Of a DNA stretch of 33,852 nucleotides, positions 8,285 to 15,410 are shown piece after piece (the first letter of the stretch is position 1; the number at the start of each line of letters is the position of its first letter). The stretch covers positions 1 to 33,852 of the IMG/VR virus record IMGVR_UViG_3300020044_003574; one strand, 5' to 3'. The notes under the pieces are model-generated. The model saw only the letters and a program-made list of their open reading frames with translations, was not told the origin of the DNA and searched no databases. The DNA is from a virus. Lineage: Duplodnaviria > Caudoviricetes. The translations under genes and the position numbers were made by a program.

Positions 8285-8319
8285 GTGTCTAACATAAATG
8301 ATTTGTCAGACAAATGCAA
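8285..8319 (-). promoter_or_regulatory. Leaderless promoter with palindromic operator
   Basis: TTGCAT(8314-8319)-17 nt-TATGTT(8291-8296)-6 nt-ATG; spacer holds TTGTCTGACAA (8303-8313). Confidence 0.7.
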
Positions 8320-8346
8320 ACAGCCCCACCGCATTGGCAGGGCTGT
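8316..8346 (-). terminator. Cassette B terminator hairpin
   Basis: ACAGCCCTGCCAATGCGGTGGGGCTGTTT; near copy at 19940-19969. Confidence 0.75.
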
Positions 8347-8356
8347 GAGCTGTTAC

Positions 8357-8518
8357 TTATTTATCTTGACAAAACTTACAGACCAGCTTGCCTTTAACAA
8401 TAATCCAACCAGCCCAAGGAACATCAAAACTACATTCAGGGCATTTGTTGTCTGCTGGAAAAGAGGGCAGATTATGGGGATTACGTTTTTGAAAAGTTTG
8501 CTTTGTTGTCATCTTCAT
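8357..8518 (-). CDS. Small Zn-finger protein, 53 aa, cassette B gene 3 (absent from ORF track)
   Basis: MKMTTKQ...KCPECSFDVPWAGWIIVKGKLVCKFCQDK*; ATGA coupling. Confidence 0.7.
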   Translation of the reverse strand: MKMTTKQTFQKRNPHNLPSFPADNKCPECSFDVPWAGWIIVKGKLVCKFCQDK

Positions 8519-8871
8519 TCACCTGCCTTAACTGTCCAGCTTCCGTAATACTTGCTTTCAATTTGATCGCCGTAGACTTCTAGAACTTGCTCCATAACTT
8601 TTGTAATTCGAGCGTGGCGGTGATAAGCACGAGCATAGTCTTTCTTCTCGTAATAATCGCTCATTGCGTTATTACAGTTGTCCAGCTCACCATGAGCGCA
8701 ACCCAAGAACATGGATGCACCTTCAGCACCGTCAATTAGAAGCGTGTTGCTTTCGTCAATGTCCCAAAGATCAGCTTTGTAGTTGCCCATTGAAACTTCT
8801 GCATCATAGATATCAACTGCACCGCCTAAATCTTCCTGCGTTTTCTTTGTGATCTTAAATGGCTTACGCAT
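8515..8871 (-). CDS. Hypothetical protein, cassette B gene 2
   Basis: 118 aa, TAATG coupling. Confidence 0.7.
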   Translation of the reverse strand: MRKPFKITKKTQEDLGGAVDIYDAEVSMGNYKADLWDIDESNTLLIDGAEGASMFLGCAHGELDNCNNAMSDYYEKKDYARAYHRHARITKVMEQVLEVYGDQIESKYYGSWTVKAGE

Positions 8872-9020
8872 TATGCACCAACCTTTGCAAGAAATACGGG
8901 AGCTGCATCACAGTTAATGCAAGGCAATTCAGCCCCAAACTTGCCCCACAAAATTTGCTGAAGCTCATTGCATTCTTGACAAACTACATCTTCTACTGTT
9001 GGCATCCAGATTTTGCTCAT
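8871..9020 (-). CDS. Small Zn-finger protein, 49 aa, cassette B gene 1 (absent from ORF track)
   Basis: MSKIWMPTVEDVVCQECNELQQILWGKFGAELPCINCDAAPVFLAKVGA*; AAAGGAACAAAGCA-ATG leader. Confidence 0.75.
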   Translation of the reverse strand: MSKIWMPTVEDVVCQECNELQQILWGKFGAELPCINCDAAPVFLAKVGA

Positions 9021-9095
9021 TGCTTTGTTCCTTTGTCCTAGAGGATTGCTCCTCGCCTATGTAATGATCATTGCATAGATGTATAACAAATGCAA
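9021..9095 (-). promoter_or_regulatory. Cassette B promoter/leader element
   Basis: TTGCAT(9090-9095)-17 nt-AATGAT(9067-9072); operator TTGTTATACAT 9079-9089; ATTACATAGGC; hairpin GAGGA-GCAA-TCCTC 9041-9054; TAGGACAAAGGAACAAAGCA-ATG. Confidence 0.75.
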
Positions 9096-9144
9096 GTCTA
9101 TTTAGAAATAGCTTAAAAGTCGCGTGTTTAATGGGTTTTTGAGC

Positions 9145-9185
9145 AAAAGTAAACGCCCCTTGACAAAGCATAAGCAAGGGGCGTT
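9145..9185 (-). terminator. Intrinsic terminator
   Basis: 11-bp stem AACGCCCCTTG/CAAGGGGCGTT followed by TACTTTT. Confidence 0.75.
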
Positions 9186-9203
9186 CACGTTTTTAGGGAT
9201 TGC

Positions 9204-9425
9204 CTAAAGCTGCGCAAGCCTATTTAATCTAGCACGAAGGTGTGCCAAATACACAATTGCATCATCCAGTTCTTCAACTGTTTCTTTGACTATCTGCTCA
9301 CCAGATTTAACTTCAATTGACTGTTGGTTGCCATGACTGTATTGCTCGTCACCCGTACCCATAATGCGAGAGCGTAAAGACTCTACGCAAGCTGTAACTT
9401 GATTAGCTAGTTCTTCACTTGTCAT
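9204..9425 (-). CDS. Small helical protein, possibly MazG-like NTP pyrophosphatase
   Basis: ETVEELDDAIVYL (ExxEExxD); adjacent to the phosphoesterase. Confidence 0.5.
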   Translation of the reverse strand: MTSEELANQVTACVESLRSRIMGTGDEQYSHGNQQSIEVKSGEQIVKETVEELDDAIVYLAHLRARLNRLAQL

Positions 9426-9522
9426 GGACTAACCTCAGTTCATCACACAGACGGCAAGTTTCGTAATCGCCTTCTGTTGATCTGACATAAAGCCAATCAT
9501 GATTACAGGACTTTGAGGTCAT
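9415..9522 (-). CDS. Tiny CxHxW...CxxC protein, 35 aa (absent from ORF track)
   Basis: MTSKSCNHDWLYVRSTEGDYETCRLCDELRLVHDK*. Confidence 0.5.
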   Translation of the reverse strand: MTSKSCNHDWLYVRSTEGDYETCRLCDELRLVHDK

Positions 9523-10681
9523 CCCATTTCCCTTCGCCAATAGTTAGTGTCAGCATTCCTGCTGGTGCTTCTGCGCCACTTGAATTCGAGAACCATTGAG
9601 AACCGCCATCAAGCGCCGGCGCCTGTAACCAAGTCTTTCTGCCTGACTGCTCTACGCGCAAGTGGTGATAGTGACCCGTAAGAAGCAACGTAGCTTCGCC
9701 AATGTCTTGTTGCCCATGAGCCATGTTCTTCCACCAATCAACTGCCTTGCCTTTGCATTGATGACCATGCGCTAGACCAACAACTGTTCCAGCCATGTCT
9801 AAAGTTACGGTCAAGGTGTCGTATTTAGGGAACACAAAACTAACGTGCTTGTAATCAGGGTGATCAGCGAGAGCATCAGCTACGGCTGAAGCTGCATCTA
9901 AAGCAAACGAATCTGTATAAGTCGTTGCCATAGAGTTACCGATTCTTACGGCTTCATCATGGTTGCCAGGTACACAAGGCACAATTACACGATCAGCTAA
10001 TGGAGCGAAAGTTTTAACCATGTGCAAAAGCAAACGGCGATAGACACGAATTTGGGAAGTTAAATCCAAGTCCGTACGCCAGACATTCTTTCCGCCTTGA
10101 CTACTGAACCCTTCGATACAGTCACCAAGCTGAGGTAAGTAGATCGTTCCAATGTCGCGCCCTGCCTTGCGTAGCTCCTTGAGTCTGGCAACTGCTAGAT
10201 CAGTCTTGTGTAATACATTCTTGATAATCTGCTCAGAGCCACCACCGTCAATTTTTCCAACCTGAGTGTCTGCTAGTACCACAGCATAGGCTAAAGAGCC
10301 TGTACGAGCTTCTGAGGGCTTCCTAGGGGTATTGCTTGGCTTCCACTTCGCAACTATTTCAAGCAAGTCATCTATTGGTACTAAATTTGTACCTGAATTT
10401 GGTACGAACGTAGCTCTAAATGATTCAAGCCATTCGCCATCCCATCTTTGCCATTTACTACGGCGTAGACCTGTAATACGCCATTTAGCAGGGTCAAGTT
10501 CAAACTCAGCTAGAAGTTCAGCGTGATCAGGTTCATCACCAGCTGGTCTAGGTACTGACTTAAGAACGCCACCTGTTGAGTCGTACTCAATACCCGGTTC
10601 AAAGCCAGCTGGAATAGATTTAGCTACGCGCTTGCGCTGTTCGTCATCACCAAGTTTGGAAAGATCATCTGTAAGGCTCAT
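9503..10681 (-). CDS. Calcineurin-like metallophosphoesterase/nuclease (start revised to 10681)
   Basis: ADTQVG, LGDCIE, PGNHDE, AHGH, GHYHH. Confidence 0.9.
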   Translation of the reverse strand: MSLTDDLSKLGDDEQRKRVAKSIPAGFEPGIEYDSTGGVLKSVPRPAGDEPDHAELLAEFELDPAKWRITGLRRSKWQRWDGEWLESFRATFVPNSGTNLVPIDDLLEIVAKWKPSNTPRKPSEARTGSLAYAVVLADTQVGKIDGGGSEQIIKNVLHKTDLAVARLKELRKAGRDIGTIYLPQLGDCIEGFSSQGGKNVWRTDLDLTSQIRVYRRLLLHMVKTFAPLADRVIVPCVPGNHDEAVRIGNSMATTYTDSFALDAASAVADALADHPDYKHVSFVFPKYDTLTVTLDMAGTVVGLAHGHQCKGKAVDWWKNMAHGQQDIGEATLLLTGHYHHLRVEQSGRKTWLQAPALDGGSQWFSNSSGAEAPAGMLTLTIGEGKWDDLKVL

Positions 10682-10920
10682 GGGCAAGTGCATCCTAAAT
10701 CTTTTTTACCGCGGTTACGATGTCTGTTTATAACTTGTCGGCTTACGTTAAAACCGTTTTTAGCCAACACACGAGAAAGACTTGTTGGACTTGTTTCAGG
10801 ATTATCTATGAGTTTGATTAGTGCTTCAGATTCTTTTGCGCTTAGTTGCTTTGTTATACGCGCAATGGTGCAAGCGGATGTATTCTTTTTAACTGTGTCT
10901 AAATCGTCAAGTAAGGTCAT
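10678..10920 (-). CDS. Small HTH-like protein with C...H...CxC
   Basis: SD GAAAGG; SLSRVLAKNGFNVSRQVINRHR...CTCP; TAGACT hexamer upstream. Confidence 0.65.
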   Translation of the reverse strand: MTLLDDLDTVKKNTSACTIARITKQLSAKESEALIKLIDNPETSPTSLSRVLAKNGFNVSRQVINRHRNRGKKDLGCTCP

Positions 10921-10962
10921 TGTGACCACCTTTCGTCTAGATAAGTCTAGAGCGCAAGTCCG

Positions 10963-11241
10963 TCAAGTTGTTGTTTTTTTGGTGCGTGTCGGTTTAGTAA
11001 CTAATTCTTCTATTGAATTAAGGCGATAATCAATGTCACCAACACGCGCTTCAATGCGGTTTACTGTCTGAGCTATGTCTGGGAGCGATCTGCCGCCGTT
11101 GGATTCTGGGTGAATTGGGTAAGTGGCTTGATCTATGTACGCTTTTATTGGCTTAACAATTGCCCATTTGATAAACATTCCAAGTAGAACAGCAATTGCA
11201 GATAGGGCAGCTGCGTATTGCCCTAGTTCTAAGATAAGCAT
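10963..11241 (-). CDS. Lysis-cassette membrane protein (DUF2746-like)
   Basis: N-terminal TM helix, NGGRSLPD motif, coiled coil. Confidence 0.7.
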   Translation of the reverse strand: MLILELGQYAAALSAIAVLLGMFIKWAIVKPIKAYIDQATYPIHPESNGGRSLPDIAQTVNRIEARVGDIDYRLNSIEELVTKPTRTKKTTT

Positions 11242-11636
11242 TATGGAATAGCCAACTTTGTTTCTCTAGTAGTTACCGTTGCTTTGCCGTTAGCTTTAAC
11301 CATGAATACAACAGGTTGATCTTTAACAGCTTGAAACATCCAAGTATCTTTAATGAAAGTTGTTCCACCTTTTTTTAGTAACTTAGTTTCATAACCAGTT
11401 GAATCAGCAATGCCGGCAGGGTCACGAACCCATCTAATAACTAACTCAGTTGCGCCACCAATTTTAGGCGAATCAATGTTTAAGTAGGCAGACCAAAACG
11501 CGCCATACTTGCTTGTTTCAGTAGGCACTAACGGCATTTTGCCTGATGCTTCTATAACAGTCCAAACACCAGCTTTTAGAACTTGTGTTGGTGGCTTACT
11601 TTTTGCATCTGATTTACGGCTTATGTATTGACTCAC
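11241..11636 (-). CDS. Lysis-cassette beta-rich protein, possible cell-wall-binding partner (GTG start 11636)
   Basis: GTGA overlap with M23 gene stop; Trp/Lys-rich. Confidence 0.6.
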   Translation of the reverse strand: MSQYISRKSDAKSKPPTQVLKAGVWTVIEASGKMPLVPTETSKYGAFWSAYLNIDSPKIGGATELVIRWVRDPAGIADSTGYETKLLKKGGTTFIKDTWMFQAVKDQPVVFMVKANGKATVTTRETKLAIP

Positions 11637-12058
11637 GCTTCTAGCCACCTTTTTGGATTGACGTGCTTCTTTGGATTCCAAGTACGACTTGCAAGAATTT
11701 GAAAGTGAAGATGAGCAGCGGTGCTATTGCCTGTATTCCCAGACCAACCAACAAGATCGCCTTTGGCAACTCTTTGACCAACAGCAATTGCAACTTTTGA
11801 CAAATGGCAGTAACCAGCCCAAAGCCCTGCATCACCGTTAGAGAACTTGTCGTTGTCCACGATAACGTGAATGCCAAAGCTAGTACCCCAGCCCTTACGG
11901 AACTTGTGTACGCCTGAATGAACTACTGTGCCAGAAACTGATGCGTAGACGGGTGTTCCAACTGAAGCTCTACCGTCAATGCCTTTATGAATCTGACCGT
12001 TCTTATATTTAACGCCATAAGGAAATGTAGTAACCCAAGCCTTAAGTGGGTAAGCCAT
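11633..12058 (-). CDS. Endolysin, peptidase M23
   Basis: HKGID, YCHLS, GNTGNSTAAHLHF. Confidence 0.92.
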   Translation of the reverse strand: MAYPLKAWVTTFPYGVKYKNGQIHKGIDGRASVGTPVYASVSGTVVHSGVHKFRKGWGTSFGIHVIVDNDKFSNGDAGLWAGYCHLSKVAIAVGQRVAKGDLVGWSGNTGNSTAAHLHFQILASRTWNPKKHVNPKRWLEA

Positions 12059-12273
12059 TATTCATCAACTCCTACATCAGTTCCAAAGCGCGTATCCGCA
12101 GGATTAAGCCACGAAACAAGAACTGGCAAAGATGAAGCAAGCGCAATGGCAATAGCTGGATGAAGATTTAGATCATTAGCATTAAGAATTATCCAACCCA
12201 AAAGACCTGCGCCAAACGTACGCAAGAAAGAAGCTATTGGGGATGTTGCAAACCAGATTTGTAGTTGTTCCAT
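12058..12273 (-). CDS. Holin
   Basis: Two TM segments, WLNP.D.RFG C-terminus, directly upstream of endolysin. Confidence 0.75.
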   Translation of the reverse strand: MEQLQIWFATSPIASFLRTFGAGLLGWIILNANDLNLHPAIAIALASSLPVLVSWLNPADTRFGTDVGVDE

Positions 12274-12282
12274 TAGAACAGT

Positions 12283-12498
12283 TTACAGGGCAGCAACTTC
12301 GTCAGCAGTTAGACCAAGTGCAGCCAACTTAGCAAGTGCAGATTCACGCGCAGTTGCTTTGGCTTCTGCTTCTGATTGTCTTGCAATTTCTTTTGCTTGA
12401 TTGGCTTCATATTCAACAATTTCTTCTGCTGTAAATGGTCGTTCTGTTATTTCACCAGTTGTGGCATCAAGAATGACTGTTGTTAATGTTTCGCTCAT
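12283..12498 (-). CDS. Putative fibre assembly chaperone, copy 2
   Basis: D..TGE...RP.T..EI...AKATARESALAKLAALGLT.DE..AL; paralog of 13249-13461. Confidence 0.65.
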   Translation of the reverse strand: MSETLTTVILDATTGEITERPFTAEEIVEYEANQAKEIARQSEAEAKATARESALAKLAALGLTADEVAAL

Positions 12499-13217
12499 TA
12501 TGAATTCCTATATCCGTAGATTTTCAAAGTTCCAGCACAACTTGCAGGAAATAGAAACTTGATACCGTTGTAACTTGTTGTGTCTGGTGTGATGCCCTGT
12601 ACTAGATACCCATAACCAGCACCACCAGCAGTTACTCTACTTGCACCAGTTCCAGCAAGGAAAGTATTTTTAGTTAAGAATGGGTTGGCTAAATCAAATC
12701 CAACAAAACCAAATCCAGCAGCACTTGTAAACATTGCGTTCATACGATCAGAAGTTGCCGATGCTTCATAACCACCTGCTGCTGTGTTGTAATCAAATCG
12801 GCGCATGTAACTGTAAGTAGATGTAGTTGTAGGAGTTGAACCAGAAACCATTTGCACACCAGTCCAAGCGTTTGCAGCAGGTGCATCTATGGCAAGTTCT
12901 ATGCGATAGTTATCGTAAACAGCAGAAAAGATACCTTCAACTTGGATAGATGCAGCACTAAAACTTGAATTTGCAATCTGAGTCAAACCATAAGGTGTCT
13001 GCCACGCTGAACCTGTGTAAGTTTCAATCTGTGGAATAGATGCAGTACCAGTAACACCAATGTAGGAAGTCATTCCTGTTGTAGGTGTAGCGATAGCAGA
13101 GGATCGTGCGGCAGTTCCAGCGAAATACATCACGGACTGATCCATCATGTAATTCTGTACGTCAGATGCCGTAAGCACATCACCTGCGGTGAATACTTTT
13201 CTGCCTAATCCAGCCAT
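12498..13217 (-). CDS. Tail fibre/receptor-binding protein 2
   Basis: FTAGDVLTASDVQNY N-terminus; YDNYRI; GTLKIYGYRNS C-terminus. Confidence 0.75.
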   Translation of the reverse strand: MAGLGRKVFTAGDVLTASDVQNYMMDQSVMYFAGTAARSSAIATPTTGMTSYIGVTGTASIPQIETYTGSAWQTPYGLTQIANSSFSAASIQVEGIFSAVYDNYRIELAIDAPAANAWTGVQMVSGSTPTTTSTYSYMRRFDYNTAAGGYEASATSDRMNAMFTSAAGFGFVGFDLANPFLTKNTFLAGTGASRVTAGGAGYGYLVQGITPDTTSYNGIKFLFPASCAGTLKIYGYRNS

Positions 13218-13248
13218 TTTGTTTTACTCCTAAAGTTCTATTGTTAGT

Positions 13249-13461
13249 TTACAGCGCGTTGATTTCATCTTGGGTTAAACCAAGAGCAGCGAGTTTTGCA
13301 AGGGCAGATTCACGGGCATCGGCTTTGGCTTGTGCTTCTGTATTGTGTTCTATCTGATCTAGTTTCATTGCTTCAAGGTTTGCAATTTCGTTTGCTGTCA
13401 TTGGTCTAACTACTTGTTCACCAGTTGCAACGTCACAAATCAAAACTGTTAATTCATCCAT
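13249..13461 (-). CDS. Putative fibre assembly chaperone, copy 1
   Basis: Paralog of 12283-12498; coupled to upstream fibre gene. Confidence 0.65.
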   Translation of the reverse strand: MDELTVLICDVATGEQVVRPMTANEIANLEAMKLDQIEHNTEAQAKADARESALAKLAALGLTQDEINAL

Positions 13462-14093
13462 TATGCGTTCCTGTATCCATAGAGTTTTACAAAACCAGTC
13501 ATCGCCACACCAAAAGCACTTAGAACAAAACCATCTATTGAACCAGCAGATAAATTGTAAGAGCCACCGTAGTGAACTCCATTTAATCCTTGACCCATAT
13601 GAACCGTATGTCTATTTTGACCAGAAATACTTGGACTCAAAATTTCTATTTCGCCAGCCATTCTTGAAGTACCAATCTGCGAAATGTATGCACCAGTTCC
13701 AGTATTTGCTCCATACGCGCTGATTGCACCCGTACTGGAACTAATTACTATTCCAGTTGATGCGTACCCAGTTGATAGGTCAGAACCTGAGGTACGGTAT
13801 TTGAAAAACAAATCATTGGATGAAGCCATAGTTAAATTCCATACAATTTTGTAATTCAAATAAGTTGAATTGAAAGCATTATCAAATTGAATTGCTGTTG
13901 ATGCAGACGGTGCTGCGGTTGCAAGTAATACTAAGCCTGTGTAGTTAATTCCACCAGCAAACAAAGTTGTTTCAATCGCTTCAATCGCATCATTTGCGTT
14001 TGCGTGTTGCAACGAATGACTAGGGCTGTTTAACGAATCATTAGAAACAGGGTTGGTTAATACATCAACGCTAGTTGGAAAGTTAGTTGGCAT
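13461..14093 (-). CDS. Tail fibre/receptor-binding protein 1
   Basis: MPTNFPTSVD...H..ANDAIEAIE N-terminus; YLNYKI; GFVKLYGYRNA C-terminus. Confidence 0.75.
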   Translation of the reverse strand: MPTNFPTSVDVLTNPVSNDSLNSPSHSLQHANANDAIEAIETTLFAGGINYTGLVLLATAAPSASTAIQFDNAFNSTYLNYKIVWNLTMASSNDLFFKYRTSGSDLSTGYASTGIVISSSTGAISAYGANTGTGAYISQIGTSRMAGEIEILSPSISGQNRHTVHMGQGLNGVHYGGSYNLSAGSIDGFVLSAFGVAMTGFVKLYGYRNA

Positions 14094-14102
14094 CAAAAAT
14101 CC

Positions 14103-15410
14103 TTAGTATGCGAGAACGTAGCCAAATTGCTCTGACCCGTCATAGTTTATCAGCGGTGCGTCGTAAGCGGTAGTAGCTGAATCGTAAACTGGCAACGCTC
14201 CACCAAGTCTGCCATAGATCGGATTATCAAGAATCAATGGGAACGCAGACACAGAACCTAAATCAAAGCTCAATTCGTGGCGATCAATGCCTATGTTGTT
14301 CTTAACACCGTTCACAATGGCGTACTGGTTTATGGCTGTGCCAATGCGATTAGGCGTAAAGATGACCTGAACAACGTCACCAATTTCAATGTTTAGAAGA
14401 TTATCTACTTGCGCTGGTGTCTTATCGTGCAGATTTACTTCTATCTCATTTATGCGTAGTTCTGGTTCATCATACAAACCAACCAAGTATTCAGCTAGGG
14501 CTAGGGCTTCTGTGTTGCTAGTTAGTAAAACGCCGTCAATCGAATAAGCGGATACACCGTAGAGATTCTGGGATGCCAATGAGTCTGCAACCTGTGGCGT
14601 TCCACCGGCTCTAGTAATTGTCACGCGGTTATAAAGATTTTCTGAACCATAAACAACGCCAATGTTGGTGTATTTAATTGCGTTAGCAGTTGCATCATCT
14701 GCAAAAACAACGGTAGTTGTAAGCGGTGGAATCGTTACGCGGTTCTTGAAAGTAACTGCGCCAGAACGGTCAATGAATAAACGACCATTCTCTGTTGTTT
14801 CCACGAGCTGTAAATACTGCAACACGTTTGCGTTCTCTGGTACTACGTCAGCCTGTAACGTGGTTAATCCTGTCGAGATGTTTCTATTGGCTATTGGCCA
14901 CGCGACTTCTGGGCGATTTAAAATGGCTGTAATGCGGTCTGAGCTTAACTGGCTTGTTGCTGTGAACGAATCAAGTTCAGCTGCGGATAAACGCAAGAAA
15001 CCATCAACGGCAGAAACGCTTGCAAAAGACTTTCCTGAAATGTCGTAGGTCAAATCCCAATCGTCAATGAATCCTGTAAATACGCGGTCACCATTTGTTT
15101 CAATTGCTATTGGCTTGCGTGGCAGAATCTGCGAATAGTAAATGCTTGAAGCGTTGAATGGGTCAAAGATACGCGAATCATTGTGCAGGGTTACGGATGC
15201 GTTTCCTGCGGTGTATCTATCTAGTTCACGCGACTTGCCACGATTGACTGAAACTGAAGCAACGTATTGAGTTACATCAGTTAGAACATCACCACCAAGA
15301 ACAAATGTAGAGTTTAGTTTGCCTTTAGTGGTGTCGTTAAGAGTGAACAAGTTGCCACCAGAAGCAGCCAAGTCAAAGCCAATGTAAACCTTAGTATCTG
15401 GAACTGGCAT
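14103..15410 (-). CDS. Minor tail/baseplate hub protein
   Basis: Follows tape measure; RGKSRELD...AG...N..R.FDP.N; E.GRLFIDRSG...F..R. Confidence 0.8.
   Translation of the reverse strand: MPVPDTKVYIGFDLAASGGNLFTLNDTTKGKLNSTFVLGGDVLTDVTQYVASVSVNRGKSRELDRYTAGNASVTLHNDSRIFDPFNASSIYYSQILPRKPIAIETNGDRVFTGFIDDWDLTYDISGKSFASVSAVDGFLRLSAAELDSFTATSQLSSDRITAILNRPEVAWPIANRNISTGLTTLQADVVPENANVLQYLQLVETTENGRLFIDRSGAVTFKNRVTIPPLTTTVVFADDATANAIKYTNIGVVYGSENLYNRVTITRAGGTPQVADSLASQNLYGVSAYSIDGVLLTSNTEALALAEYLVGLYDEPELRINEIEVNLHDKTPAQVDNLLNIEIGDVVQVIFTPNRIGTAINQYAIVNGVKNNIGIDRHELSFDLGSVSAFPLILDNPIYGRLGGALPVYDSATTAYDAPLINYDGSEQFGYVLAY

Noticed and set aside
8965-9177. 70-aa minus-strand ORF
   Set aside because: Runs across a terminator and the cassette B promoter; the credible gene is 8871-9020 in another frame
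12283-14093. Diversity-generating retroelement acting on the fibre C-termini
   Set aside because: No reverse transcriptase; the paralogs differ at all base types, with no near-identical TR/VR pair
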